This document shows, in pieces, positions 48,810 through 62,836 of a stretch of DNA of 64,000 bases (position 1 is its first letter; every line of letters begins with the position of its first letter). The notes under the pieces were generated by a model. That model made no database searches, was not told the DNA's origin, and saw nothing but the letters and a program-made list of their open reading frames with translations. The translations under genes were made by a program, and so were the position numbers. The DNA is from Okamejei kenojei (Eukaryota): positions 59,582,001 to 59,646,000 of the forward strand of contig CM069133.1 in assembly GCA_035221665.1 (NCBI GenBank), written 5' to 3'.

Positions 48810-49230
48810 TTTAGTTTAGACATGCAGAATGGAAATTGGCCCTTTGGCTACCAAGTCCGTGCTGACCAGCAATCACCCATACTATAGTTCTATGCTAAAC
48901 TCTCGGTACAATTTACAGAAGCCAAAGAACCTACAAACCCGCATGCACTTAGAATGTGGGAGGAAACCAGAGCACCCAGAGAAAGCCCACATGGTCACAG
49001 GGAGAATGTGCAAACTCCGTACAAACAGCACTCGTACTTGGGATCAAATTCGGGTGTATGTTCATGACTTGGAAGCAACTCTGAAGCAATGGAAAGGTCA
49101 TAAGGAATAGGAGTAGAATTAGGCCATTTGGCCCATCAAGTCTATTCCACCATTCAATCATGGCTGATCTATCTCTCCCTCCTAACCCCATTCTCCTGCC
49201 TTTTCCCCATAACTTCTGACACTTGTACTT
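48810..49230 (-). mobile_element. V-SINE fragment (48810-49060) plus CR1 3' tip (49095-49230)
   Basis: Reverse-complement SINE core; CCATTCAATCATGGCTGATC is CR1 3'UTR sequence. Confidence 0.7.
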
Positions 49231-50084
49231 GGACTTAACTCATCATTGAAAGTCAAACGATCAAAGGCTGAAACATGCATTTCACTCTGCACATCAAGTT
49301 TACCAATCATCCAGTGAGCTTCGTAGAGTTTTCTCAAATCCAACCACTCATTGTTATTTTGTTTGTATCTAGCTTCCTCACTGTGAGGATTGCTTAGTAG
49401 GAATTTATTTTGAGTGGAATATTTGTATTGATACTATTGTCCCACCTCTAATATCATAGAGTACGTTGAAACTATAATGTGCAGTACACCCACAAATATT
49501 GAATACAAATACGAGCTTTCAGATTAAAAGGTTGTCAGTTCAAGTACCGGAAGTTGTATTTTTTGCTACATTCCTACCACGTCTCCCAGAAGGTTACGAG
49601 TTCAGACTCAAAATGAAATTTCAAGCTCATCTATTTGAATTCATAAAGATTTTATAACTCTTAGCAAGAACTGGTCTGAAATTGCAATCATTCTTTCATG
49701 CGAACTAAAGAAGCATGATAATAGTTTGATACAAATTATTGTATAATCAGTATATTTATAGAATAGGTTGCACTGACTTGTGTTTGACACTTCACTTATC
49801 AACTACAACATCAGTCATATCTGCTTTAAAAATTCAACATTTGTGGCATGGATAAATTGCACAAAACATCCGGTCTTTCAGTCTGTCTTCTATTTATATC
49901 GGTATTCTTTTTTCTTACATACAATTCTGCATGTTTAAATTTGTTTCTGATTCAGACAGAAAATATACAAAATAGAAAATACATTATTTCCTTGATCTGT
50001 GAGTTTGGTGAGAATTCCATGAAAATGTAATTAATTATCCATGAATGTTGTCATTCACAAAATGCACATTTGTGAATGTTCTAA

Positions 50085-50620
50085 ATTGGGCAAGGCCAAC
50101 TTTGATGGTTATTATACAAGAACAAAAAAAAAAGATTCAAGTAGGTTGTTTGCAGGCAAATGGATGTCTGGAAAATGGGATGCAATTAAGTATATGATAA
50201 TGAGAGTTCAAGGTATGAAGGTTACTATTAGAGTGAAGGGCAAGGCAGGTGGGCATAAGGAATCCTGAATAATGAGAAAAATTGAAGCTTGAGGCAGAAA
50301 AACGAAGACAGGCCAGGTATGGGCAGTTGGGATCAAGAGTAGGCCTGGAGATGTTTAGGGGACTGAGGAGTATACTTAAGAAGGAAAGCTGGAGGGTATA
50401 ATGGGGGCATGAGATAGCTCTGGCAAATAAAATTAAGGAGAATCCAAAGATATTTTGAAAGTATATTGAGGGAAAAATAGTAAATAGAGAGATAATATGC
50501 CCCTCAGAAACCAAACTGTTGAATCTATGTTGTTGAGCCGCATGAGATGGGCAAGGTCCTCAATTAATATTTTTTCTTTTTTTACCATGGAGAATGATAT
50601 GAAGACAAGGAAACTTGGGA
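50085..50620 (+). mobile_element. Decayed CR1 ORF2 fragment
   Basis: Similar to 1-240 (GAGATAGCTCTGGCAAATAAAATTAAGGAGAATCCAAAG). Confidence 0.6.
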
Positions 50621-50627
50621 CAGATAA

Positions 50628-51955
50628 GTCAAGAGTGTTTTATTCTCATGTCCCAGATGGAACAATACGATTTTTACTTGCTGCAGCACAACAGAATATG
50701 TAAACATAGTACGCTGTAAGCAATGTGATAAATGAGAGAGAGAGAAAAAAAAGTTCAGTATATACACATACTCGCAAGTACACACACATATATGCTAGAC
50801 CAAAGCCATTGGGCCCCGTTCCCCCAACGCAATATTCCAACTCTCAGCCATAGCCCCTAACTGCGCAAGCGCGGCTGACGTTGTTAAAGTATAAAATGGC
50901 AATAACATGTGAACTCCTCTCCCTCTCCCTCTTCAGTCCCCGATTCCCCTATATTATCCTCCCTCTCCCCACCCTCCACTGCTTCCTCCCCTCACCCTTT
51001 CCCTACGCCTCTCTCTTCCATTCCCCTCCATTACCTCGCCATCCCTCTCCACCCCTCCTTTTCACCCTCCCTCTTTCCCCTCTCCTCCTCCCTTCCCCCA
51101 CTCCATCCCTCTCCTTTCTCCTACCCTCAGTCACTCCTTCCCTCCCTCATTGCCTCCCTCCATAACCTCACCCCCTCCCTACCCCCTCCTCTCCCTCTAT
51201 CTCCCTCAATCCCTCCCTTCCCCACTCTCCCTCACCTTCCCCACTTTCCCCTCCCCTCCCTACCCCTCCCCTCGCTCTATCCATATATACACACTCAAAA
51301 AACAATCAATAGTAGTGCAATAATAATAATAACAGTCTATTGAAGTTCAGAGCTTATTTGAGGTGGTAGTGTTTAATAGCTTGATGGCTGTAGGGAAGAA
51401 TTTGTTCCTGAACCTGGACATTACAGTTTTCAGACTCCTGTATCTTCTTCCCAATGGCTGGGGTGAAATGAGTTTGTGGCCAGGATGGTGTGGGTCTCTG
51501 ATGATGCTGGCTGCCTTTTTGAGGCAGCGACCGATAAATCCCTTTGACGATGGGGAGGTCAGAGCCGATGATGGACTGGGCAGTGCTCACTTATTTTTGC
51601 AGTCTTTTCCGCTCCTGGGAGTTCAAGTTGCTGAACCAGGCCATTATGCAAACAGTCAATATGTTATCTACTGTACACCTGTAGAAGTTCAAGAGAATCC
51701 TCTCTGACATACCGAATCACGTAATCTTCTCGGGAAGTAGAGGCGTTGACGTGCTTTATTTATAATTGCATCAGTGTGCTGAGTCCAGGAAAGATCTTCG
51801 GAAATATGTACGCCCAGGAATTTGACTCTCTCCACCATTGTCCAGTTGATATAAATAGGATTGTGGGTCCTCATCTTTCCTCTTCCAAAGTCCACAATCA
51901 GTTCATTGGTTTTAATGATATTGAGAGCCAGGTTGTTGTGCTGGCACCATTTGGT
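50628..51955 (-). mobile_element. Rex1/Babar 3' fragment with a CT-rich insert (about 50795-51280)
   Basis: ORF 51689-51895: [22 protein letters not shown]; tail GTCAAGAGTGTTTTATT. Confidence 0.85.
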
Positions 51956-52329
51956 CTCTACATACGAAGGGCTGCAAAGTAAAACATGGGAATTATAAAT
52001 GAATGAATAAGTTTATTGGCCAAGTATGTTCACACACACGGAATTTGCCTTGGTGCTCCACTTGCAAGTGACAACATGACATAGTGACAATTAAGAATGA
52101 TGCATAAAACATTAAACATTAATAATACAACATTATCAATTAAACATGTGAGTTAAATAAAATACTGGAGCAAAAGGAGACTACAGATTTTTTGTTATTT
52201 AGTAGAGCTATTACTCATGGAAAAAAGTAGATGCGTTGATGTGCTTTATTTATAATTGCATCAGTGTGCTGGGTCTAGGAATGATCTTCGGAAATATGCA
52301 TGCCCTAGACTTATGGACCAGTAAGTCTA

Positions 52330-52900
52330 ACAAAGTTGACATTCGCTAGACCTTGGCCTACGTGTTCTCCCAGTTGCCAAACACTTCAACTCTCCTTCCC
52401 ATTCCCACACTGACCTTTCTGTCCTGGGCCTCTGCCACTGACATAGTGAAGCCAAACATAAATTGGAGGAACAGGACTTCATATTTCTCTTGGGCAGCTT
52501 ACTACCCAATGGTATGAATATTGATTTCTCTAACTTCAAGTAACACTTGCATTCCCTCTCTCTCTGTCCCACCCCCACCCTAGTTATCCTACTAGTTTCA
52601 CTGTCATCCTGCTTAGTTTCATTGGTTATTCATTGGTCTCACACATTATCACGTTCTCCACAGCCAAAAATGGACCATTGTGGACTCCACCTTTCCTTGA
52701 TCATCTTTGCTGGCTTTGTTCGTTGATTTATCCTTATGCTTACATTTCATTCATTTGTTATTTGTACCCTTCCATATCTCTATTTTCCCTTTCCCCTGAT
52801 GTTACCTATTCCTTTTCTCCAGAGATGCTTACATGATCCTCTGAGTTACTCCAGCATTTGAGTCTATCTTCGGTGTAAACCAGCAGCTGCAGTTCCTTCC
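52330..52900 (+). mobile_element. Penelope-like 3' fragment
   Basis: Matches the end of the GIY-YIG ORF (AAATTGGAGGAACAG..CTCATATT) and the terminal repeat. Confidence 0.8.
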
Positions 52901-52909
52901 TATAATCGT

Positions 52910-53395
52910 GGTGAAGAAAGCTTATGGCATATTGATGTTTGTCATTCAGGAAAAAACTGAGAATTAAAGTTGGGACGTTATGTGACAGCTGTAGAAGAAG
53001 TTGGTACAATTGGAGTATTGTGTTCAATTTTAGTCACTTGCTATCGGAAAGATGGCATTGCTGGAAAGAGTGCAGAGAAGATTCATGAGGGATTTGCCAG
53101 GACTCAATGGCCTGAACCATAGGGAGAGTTAGGACAGGCTAAGACTTTATTCCTTGGAGCTTAGGAGACTAAGGAGTGATCTTTTAGTGGTATATAAAAT
53201 TTTGATGGGACTAGATATGGTGAATGCACAGATTTTTTTCCCAGTGAAGGAGAATCATAGTCTACAGAGTAATATTGCAGGGAAACAGGCCCTTTGACCC
53301 ATCTAGCCCATTCTGACCAAGATGCCCACCTACACATGAGTGTTTGGTCCATAGCCCTCTAAGCGTTTCCTATCCATGTACCTGTCGAAATGTCC
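52910..53395. mobile_element. CR1 3' fragments in both orientations
   Basis: TTGGAGTATTGTGTTCAATT (+); GGAAACAGGCCCTT tail (-). Confidence 0.65.
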
Positions 53396-53439
53396 ACCAA
53401 GGCCTGCTGGATTTCTGTTTATTAACCTTTTTGATTTCC

Positions 53440-53960
53440 CCACACATTACCATTCAAAACTTTCTGACCGGTCCTCCTCCATTGCCAGAGTGAGGCTGCA
53501 CGCAAACTGGAGGAACAGCACCTCATGTTCCACTTGGTTAGCTTCCAACTCAACGGTATGAACATTGTATTCTCCAATTTTAGGTAATAAATCAACAAAT
53601 ACCATGCCCTGCACTTCTCCCCTGAGCCTCAACTGTATGCACACCCATTTTGTCCAGAATCCTACCCTTTCCTCTTCCTTATGTCCCCTTCCACCTATGT
53701 CCTTTACTTTGGCTTCACATTTCATTCCTCTTGTCTCCTTATCTCTTCTTCTCCCAGGGTTTTGTCCTTCGTTTTTGGCCTTTACTCAATCAAATGCCAA
53801 TTAAACCCCCCTTCACCTGCATCCACCAATCACTAGTCAGGGTTTGTCCTGTCCCTATCTCCCTTCCAGCTTTCTCCCTCCTACTTCTGTCAATCCGAAG
53901 AAGGGTCATGACCCGAAAGGCCAGCTGTCCATGTTCTCCAGGGATGCTGCTGACCTGCTG
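53440..53960 (+). mobile_element. Penelope-like 3' fragment, decayed hammerhead at about 53895-53922
   Basis: AAACTGGAGGAACAGCACCTC; CCGAAGAAGGGTCATGACCCGAAA. Confidence 0.75.
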
Positions 53961-55719
53961 AGAGATAGAGATAGTTCAACAATATTAAGATGGGGAAAAA
54001 AAGTTTGAATAATAGGCAGAACTTTTTTAATAACTTGAACTTCACCTGCAGCGATAAAGTGGTTCAGATACCATCTAGATATCACAGTGGTCTTAGGGCT
54101 AGTGTGATTTGAGAACCAATATTTGGCCTTCTAATATTGCATTAGTGGTGGATTTATTGAAAAATGCCTCAGTACAAGATATATTATTTATGTCAATGCT
54201 GGTGTACTGACTTATGGGTGTTTCATTATCACTTCAGGGTTACCCGCAACAAAATACTTGTATAAAAGATTGATGTTATTTCTGTTACATTTTCTCTCGG
54301 CTATAAAGATTCACAACAAAAAGATATATCATTCCAGCAGTCAAATTAAGTGCTTGCCTGAAAACCATTATTTTCATTTTCCCCAGCAACAAAGTAACAA
54401 AATACCATTTAGTTCACTTTTTAATAAACTGTCTTGTATCTGCAGGACTCTTGATAGAAAAAGTCAATAGGCAATTGCTTCAACCAAGTCTTCTCTCTCC
54501 ACTTATAGCATCACATGAAGAATCATACGGCTGGCAATATAGTTTTTAAGCAACACACAGTACTTCATTTCTTGCACCGAGGGAGAACTCAATAACTTAG
54601 TGGAAGTGCAATTTTATATGGGGGCCTCCTTAACTTGGTAAGAGAGCATTGACAAGTAAATAGTCATGCCCTTGGTCTATACTAAGTGTCCATGTTGAAT
54701 TTGTCATTATACCAATTAAGTATTCAGAGAGAAAAGTATTAGTCAAGTAATACATGATTTACAGTGACATTAATGGGGGGGCACTGAAATGTGGTTGGCT
54801 GGGACTGCCGATCCAGTGAATTCCAATACTACTGTGGCAGCAGGTGCATTTGTTCAGTTACTTAAATAAATTTGAATGAAAGTTATAGTATCAGTAATGG
54901 TGATTATTAAATTACTGGATTGGTTTAAAAAAATTCAGTGTTCTTTAGTGAGGGAATTATTTATTCTTTGACGTGCAGATTGGTATATAAATTGGCTTCT
55001 GTAAATTGCCTCTAATACGTGGGTGAGTGGTAGAATCTCTGGGGAGATGAAGAAAATGTGGGGAGAATGCAATAGGATTAGTGTAAATGGGCGCCTGGTT
55101 GTGGCATGGACCTTTTCAGCTGGAGGGCTGATTTTGTACAGTATTATTCTATTACTGTTCTTAGATTACATCCGAATGTAGTGACCAAGCAAACAAACTT
55201 TCAATTGTAATCACTTTGGTAAGTAGATAAATATGGCAGGTTTTTATTAGAAATGAATAGATTCTCAGATAATCTACTTTGGCAACCATTATTTTATTAA
55301 AGAAAAGTTTGGATGAGATGTTTGAGGAATTACAGTTCTACCTGAATAATCCTGATAACGTAGTATTGGAAGGAGGAAAACTAAGTCCTTTCAACTCATT
55401 CTGGTATTCAGACCTTAATTTTTCTGTGCTTTGTCTCCAGTCATACATCGTTGATACTATTATCTCGAGAAAATCTAGGCCTTGAAAATTCTAATTCCCC
55501 CAGTATCCACATTATAAACGGATTCCCAAAGTCTTCCACTCTTGGTGTCCTTTATGTTCACAGAGTATTCTAATGAAGTCTCAGCTTCTCCATCAGGACA
55601 ATAGTTTGTCACTATTGAGTTCTTAAAAGGTAACACTACTAAAACTTAGTGTGTCACACCTTGGTTATCATTTTGGAAGATTCCGTATGATGTCTTAAAA
55701 TTTTATGTTTAAGACATCG

Positions 55720-56224
55720 TGCATTGTGTTAAAGAGCGGTTTCATACCTGCTGTTGTGGATGGATCCCTCACTTATGCATCTGTCCCACAGTTTTGCTTT
55801 TGAACCCCCTCCCCCTAGGCCACACAAAAATAACGTTCCTTGGTCCTCAACTTTCACCCTACCAGCCTCCACATCCAACCCATAATTCTCCGACAATTAC
55901 GTCATCAGCAACATGATCCAACCACCGGTCACATCTTTCCTTCCCCATGCAGTTCCTCTTTCCACAGAGATCCCTCCCTTCACTCATCCTTTCCCACCCA
56001 ACCTGACCCTCCCCATATATTTTCACCTGCACCTGCAGGAGATGTAACACATGTCCATACATCTCCTTCCTCACCTTTACTGAGCAACCACAGCAAACCT
56101 TCTGAGTGAGTCAGAGGTTCAAATGCACTTTTACAAACTTTGGTTACTGCATTTGGTACTTCCAATGTGGCCTTGTTTACAAAGGTGAGATGAAGTGTAG
56201 GCTAGGTGACCATTTTGTACCCTT

Positions 56225-56262
<38 letters not shown>

Positions 56263-56750
56263 AGGTCCAATTTCAAGTAATACACCCTACGCCTCTGTTT
56301 CTTGTGCCCCCCCCGCCATCCTGATGTGCACAAATGTATCCACTATCTCCCCCATCCCCCCCCCCCCATCACACTGCTCCTTTCTCCCTTTCTATTCCCT
56401 ACCCCCCCCCCCCCCCCCCCACTCTCCCATCCCACCCATCCCCTTCCACCTTTATCCTTTGGCTTTCCTTTAATTCCCCTTCTCTCCTTATCTGACAGCC
56501 TCTTATCTCCTTTGCCATTTACACCACCCACCTGCCAAACCCCCCACCCCCATCTCATCTCCACTTATCACTTGGTAGGCTTTGTCCCAACTCCACCTGC
56601 TTTTACAGATTCACCTCTCCCCTCAATTATATTCAGTCTGAAGAATGATCTCAACCCAAATCATTGTCCATCCATTCCCTCTAGAGGCACTGCCTGATTG
56701 AGTTGCTTCAGCACTGTTTTGTTCAAGATTCCAACACCTACAGTTGTTTG
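55720..56750 (+). mobile_element. Decayed Penelope-like fragment
   Basis: LNFHPTSLHIQPIILRQLRH, QRFKCT, YKGEMKCRLGDHF; terminal repeat at 56630-56750. Confidence 0.75.
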
Positions 56751-57959
56751 TGCATCTACTATATTGAGAGAAATGTGCTAATTTGTTTCCATAACTTTTC
56801 AGTATCAATTGCTCCAACAAGCTTCATGCTCCTGGGAATATAGTATTATTTAAAAAGCTCTTTACACACAGGCACTTGTGCATTACTGATGCTGGAGGAA
56901 GCAATTTCAATCCATAGGTTCCAGAGTGTTCCGGCTACAACCACATTATAATTGTTGGGAAAGGATAAAACAATTATTAACAGAACTAAGATGTCACTCA
57001 TCATTAGTGTGTTTAAAAAATGTGTGAAAATAACAATCATTTTCATTACAGAACAAGGGAATGAAAACCAGTTTTGTGAAATCTGTTTATAATCTTACTT
57101 CATAATTCAATTCCATTCTGACACTCAAAGCAATTTTATATTCCAAAGATGAAGAATTTGCTCGTTCATTCAAAAAAATATCTACCTTATTCAAATTTCT
57201 ACTCATGCATTGAAAAAATGCCAAACGTAATTTCAAGCATCAGACAGTATAATTAAGCAGAATGATAGAAGTTGGCTTTCTTTCTTTAGTTTTCCCATTT
57301 AAAAAATATTCTTTATCTGGAGATAAATATGTTTTACTGATTACATTATATCTGTATGAATGGACATATCAGGTAATTTTTGTGTGTAAGGTCAAGCTAG
57401 GATTCAGTTTGTCAGGTGAGCCTATGTTGTATAAGGACAACAATATCACATACACCTGCCCTGAAGAAGGATCTTAATGAAGCAGCGTGTAATTTGCTTC
57501 AGTGTCTGGCTTGCAAAACAAACCATTCTCTCTTGATGTATTTACGCTTTGCATTTGAAGATATTACAGAGAATGAAACTCTCCACCTCTGGTGCATGTT
57601 CATTACACAGTTGAAAACAAGTTTATCACTAACGCTGAATGTCGTTACACTGAAATATTCACTCCACCAGCAGGGAATACCTCAATGTCAAACATGAAAA
57701 GCATTATATAAAAATCTACCAAAGGATATCATTTTATTTATCCCCGGAGGGAAATTGATCTGCCAATATTCATTAAAACACAAAATGCATGAAACATTAA
57801 ATTAAAGTGACGAGTGGAAATGATTGGGGATCTGCAAACATTGGGGAGGGGTTGGAAGGGGGGGGTGGGGGGAGGGTTTGTCAGTCTCAGTCTACCCCAT
57901 GACAGAAGGGGGGGGGGGAGGAGTTGTACAGTTTGATTGACATAGATTTCTGAAAAAGA

Positions 57960-59440
57960 TAGTAACTCTGTGGATTACGCAGCATTTCTGGAGAACAAGG
58001 ATGGATAACAATTTGGCTCAGGACCCTTCTTCAGACTGATTGTGGTGGGAGGGAGGAAGCCAGAAGAGACGAGGGGCAGGACAAAGGCTGGTGAGTGATA
58101 GGTGGATACAGGTGAGGGAGTGGTAGGGGAGCATGGGGGTGATAGGCAGATGCTTGGACATATGCAAAGATGTAATGACTAAACGTGAAATAAGGATAGA
58201 AGAGGAACAAATTGTGAAGCCATAGGAAGGAATGTGGGTGGAAGTGGATGGGGAGATGGGTGCAAGTCAAGATGAGGCATGGGAGGGTGGGTTGAAAGTG
58301 GGAGGGGGAGGTTGTTTGTAGGCTTGTTACCTAAAATTGGAGAATTCAATATTCATGCGTTAGGTTGTAGGCTACCAAAGTGGAATATGAGATGTTGTTC
58401 TCTTCCTACCTGCATGTGGCCTCACTCTGGCAATGGAGGAAGTCCAGGACAGAGGTCACTGGGAATGGAAATGAGTTAAAATAGTTAGCAACTGGGAGAT
58501 CCAGCAGGCCTTGGCGGACAGAGCACGTGTTTGATGAAAGGTTTGCCACATCTACGCTTGGTCTCTCTGTGATGGAGGCCGCATAGGGAACTCAAAGTGC
58601 AGCAGATGGGGTTTGAGGAGGTGCATGTAAACCACTGTCTCACTTAGAAAGACTACTGAGGTCCCTTGATGGACGTGAGGGAAGAGGTATAGGGACAGAT
58701 GTTACATTTCCAGTGGTTGCAGGGAATGCACCTGGGGTTTCACTGCACCTTCGGGTGCATGTGACGATTTAAATTGACTTTGACTTTGGGGAAGGTGTGG
58801 TTTGGGGAAACCAAGGAGTTGTGGAGGGAGTGGGCTCTTTGGAAGGTGGAAAGGGGTGCGAAGTGGGATCATATTGGAGGTGGCGGAAATGTTGGACAAT
58901 ATAATATAGATGTAGAGGCTGTTGGAGTGAATGATAAGGACCAGGGGAACTCCATCCATGTTCCATCTGTGGGTAGGGGTGACCAGAGCAGAGCTGCGGG
59001 ACATAGATGATATGCGGATACGAGATCCATTAATGGCAGCAGGAAGGGGGAAGCCATGTTTGCTAAAGAAGAACTTCTTGGATGTCTAAGAATGAAAAGC
59101 CTCTTCTTGGGAGCAGATATGGCAGACAGAAAATTCAGGGGATAGTGTTTTTTCAAAAAAAGGGTAGGAGGATGTAGGTTTGTGGTAGATGTCAGTTGAT
59201 AGTATGTTCCCTGCAGGAGGCAGTCCTGATGCAATCATCATTGTAGTCATGTAAGAATTTGAGGATGTTGCTGGTGAACATTTGTTACAACCATCAAAAA
59301 GTCAGGCATCGTTGGGGCCATGCGAGTGCCCATGGCAACACCTTTCACTTGAAAAAAGTGTGAGGAATCAAAATAGAAGTTGTTGAGGGCGAGCATAAGT
59401 TGTGCCAGGCAAAGGAGTGTTAATAGAGGGGGAACTGATG
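57960..59440 (-). mobile_element. Decayed Penelope-like fragment including part of the RT
   Basis: LALNNFYFDSSHFFQVKGVAMGTRMAP (PLE RT motif); GIY-YIG end and terminal repeat towards 57960. Confidence 0.8.
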
Positions 59441-59456
59441 TTTGAACTAGGTTTGG

Positions 59457-59716
59457 ATGGCTCAGCGGCATAACAGTAAAGCTATTGCCTAACACCGCCA
59501 GAGACCTAGGTTCTATTCTGACAATGGGTGCTGTCAGTATAGAGTTTGTACATTCTCCAGGTGCTTTGGTGTCCTCCCACACTCTTAAGGACGTACAGGT
59601 TTGTAAGTTAATTGGTTTATGTAAATTGTCCCTAGCATGTAGGCTAGTGTTAGTGTATGGGGTGATCGCAAATCGGTGTGGATGTTGCCGTGCTGTATCT
59701 CTAAAGTCTAAAGCCT
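59457..59716 (+). mobile_element. V-SINE (HE1-like)
   Basis: Head, core GAGTTTGTACATTCTCC and tail GCTGTATCTCTAAAG. Confidence 0.8.
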
Positions 59717-61261
59717 AACCTTATTCGACCAAGAGAGATGTTGAGTCTTTAAGGGTGGTTGGTGAAAGTGATACATTTTTTTAGACCCATATAGATGAGT
59801 GAATAAACCTGCCAAGCAACTTCACAGCTGATGTAATGGATTGCCCGTTGAAAAATCTTCAAGTCGGGTGACAAATGCTATAGTATTAAATTGTGCATGT
59901 ATATGTCACTCGTGGGAATGCAGTGGTTATGTCAAGTAAAATTGCAGAATCTATAAGATAGTGCTGGTGCTGTGAAGGTTCCAGAGACTGCAAAGAGATG
60001 CAGATTTAGCAATGCTTATGAGAATTATTCAATATCTTTGGAAATCTCTCAATGATTGTGAAAGAAGTGCAGAGTGATAGTATGTTTGGACAAGATGAAA
60101 CCAATGGCTGCAGAGTGGATTAACATGAGAGGAGGCAAGAATCTGCAACTTGCATTTGGAGCACAGTTACAGTATGACATTCCCTTACCTGTGGATGAGC
60201 CTGTCACCTGCTCATTGGATGTCAGCCTCAATGATCTCATTAAGTGTGTGCAATGCCACAGAGATTTAATTTGCAATCTGGATCAATTGACTAAGAACAA
60301 TTGATGCAACATGATTTAAGAACCTAAACTGGACAATCTCCTGAAAATTGGGAAATCTCCCGCAGTAAATGCAACACTTCATGGTACATGCTCATTTATA
60401 TTAATGCTGTGTGAAGCCAGCACTAATTGGGCTGTTGATGGATGTTCACATTGGCAGGAGTGTAATACTGTAATGTGCTGGCAATAGTTAAAGATAGTCT
60501 GTACTGCAGCTGAGACTACCCTCCCCTCTAAAACCAGAGGTGGGCTATAGGTATAGCAAGTTCTGACTGCTGAGCAGACGGTAAATCTCATGGAAAATAA
60601 TGGAGAAAGCCACAACGTGTAAAGAACAGTCTGAAAATATGTGTAACTATATGCTTTTCTGGGGAATCTGCAAATTAAAATAATATCTTATAGCATCAGG
60701 GGCCGGGATTTCTGCCAGAACACAGGTATGGAGGGAAGGCTGAGCAGATCCATGCCAGGAGGTAAGCCGCAGAGACAGGATGCAGTGCTGCAAGGAATTC
60801 AATGACCTGACACAAATGTATTTTCAAATGCCTTCTTATCCTTCCAACTAATCTCATTTACTGCCCAACACACTCCCCTACCAACAATCTTTAGCAAATT
60901 TATTTAATGCTTCACCTCAGTTTTGCCACCGCAAACATTTTACTACTGCAACTCGAATTAGCACCTAATTCCAGTTATTCAAATGTGATAGGAGAGCACA
61001 ACACACAAACAAGTTGCTTGTGACTCACTGACTTCCATCCCCCTCGGTTGTTGGACAATGTTGAGACAGCAATGGCAGGTTAAATGCCCTAACTCCATTA
61101 AGGTGCAATCAGTAATTAGATTATTGGATTCAATATAAGTTGCTTTTTGAATTTTGAGAAATGCGCACTTGTTTGTTTTGTCAACTGAGAATGATGTAAC
61201 TATAATAAAATTGACAAATATCCAGCTTTCTAATTGCGCCCACATGTAGACACATTTATGC

Positions 61262-61830
61262 TCAAGTCAAGAGAGTTTATTGTCATGTGTCCCATGATAG
61301 GACAATGAAATTCTTGCATTGCTGCAGCACAACAGGATATTGTAGTCATAAATACAAAACAGATCAGNNNNNNNNNNNNNNNNNNNNNNNNNNNNNNNNN
61401 NNNNNNNNNNNNNNNNNNNNNNNNNNNNNNNNNNNNNNNNNNNNNNNNNNNNNNNNNNNNNNNNNNNNNNNNNNNNNNNNNNNNNNNNNNNNNNNNNNNN
61501 NNNNNNNNNNNNNNNNNNNNATAGGTTGTTATAGTTCATAGTTTGTTTGAAGTTGTGTTTAATAGTCTGATGGCCGTGGGGAAGGAGCTGTTCCTGAACC
61601 TGGATGTTGCAGATTTCAGCTTCTGTACCTTCTACCCGATGGCAGCGGATAGATGAGTGTGTGGCCAGGATGGTGTGGGTACTTGATGATGCTGGCAGCA
61701 GTTTTGATGCAGCCACTGTGATAGATCCCCTCGATGGTAGGGAGGTCAGAACCGATGATGGACTGAGCAGTGGTTACGACTTTTTGCAGCCTTTCCTGGA
61801 CACTCAGGTTGAAGTACCAAGTCTCGATGC
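61262..61830 (-). mobile_element. Rex1/Babar 3' fragment spanning the assembly gap
   Basis: ORF 61616-61858: AQSIIGSDLP, HPGH..LPSGRRYRS; same family as 50628-51955. Confidence 0.85.
61348..61520. other. Assembly gap (N run)
   Basis: Run of N characters. Confidence 1.
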
Positions 61831-62726
61831 TTACAAAGGATGTGCACATATAGATCACATGCCTACATACATAGAATCACAAAGCTTGCGTATTGAAGGA
61901 GGCCACTCATCCTGTCAGGTTTATGATGGCTCTATGCATGAGCAATTCAATTAGTCTCACTCATACACCCTCTCCCCACTGCTCTGCCAATTATTTCCAT
62001 TCAGATCCTTAAGTAACTCTCTTATGAAGACCATTGTTGATACTGCCCCGATAACACCCTCTGGCAGTGCATTCCAGAACGCAATAATTGACGGCACAAA
62101 ATAATTCTCACATTTTTGGTCACTTACTAATCATCTTAATTTCATGAAAAAGCTGCAGATTTTGGAAATTGCTGGTAAAACTCAATAGGTTAGGCAACAT
62201 CAGTAAAAAACAGTTAATATTTCAGATGGACTCTTCACTGGAACTGAAAACAAAGGTGAACTTTGTCCCTTTTTCAATTCTGATAAAGAGACTTTGACCT
62301 GAAACGTTAATTGTTTCTCCCTCCTGACCTGCTGAGACTTTCCAACTTTTTCTGTTTTAACATTAATTCAATCTCCTCTGTTTGTCAATCCTTCTGCCAG
62401 TTGGAACAACTTCTTCTTAAATACATCCTGGTTTGGAATATGTTTAGTAAATTACCACTCTTGGTTCCAAGGATGTTTTATAAAGGTTTTGACAAAAAAA
62501 CCTTAATCTATAGCATTAATTGCTTTTCTATTTCCTATTGATGCTACCTGACCTACTGAGTATTTCCAACACCCTTATTCTTTTGTTATTTTTTATTAAA
62601 CCATACATTCATTGCTCTTGAACTCAGTTCCTCCTGACTATTGAGGCTGTTTTAATCATAATTTTATAAACATCTCGAGAATTCCACGCTCACGCGAGAA
62701 AGAATGCAAAATGGAAAATTGTCCGC

Positions 62727-62836
62727 AGTTTGTGTATTATGGTGTTAATGTGCGAGGATCGCTGGTCGGTGCGGACTCACTGGTCGGTGCGGACCGAAGG
62801 GCCTGTTTCCATGCTGTATCGCTAAACTAAACTAAA
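62727..62836 (+). mobile_element. V-SINE 3' fragment
   Basis: GAAGGGCCTGTTTCCATGCTGTATC followed by (CTAAA)n; internal duplication of CTGGTCGGTGCGGAC. Confidence 0.75.

Noticed and set aside
50881-51343. Pro/Leu/Ser-rich ORFs
   Set aside because: Low-complexity CT tract
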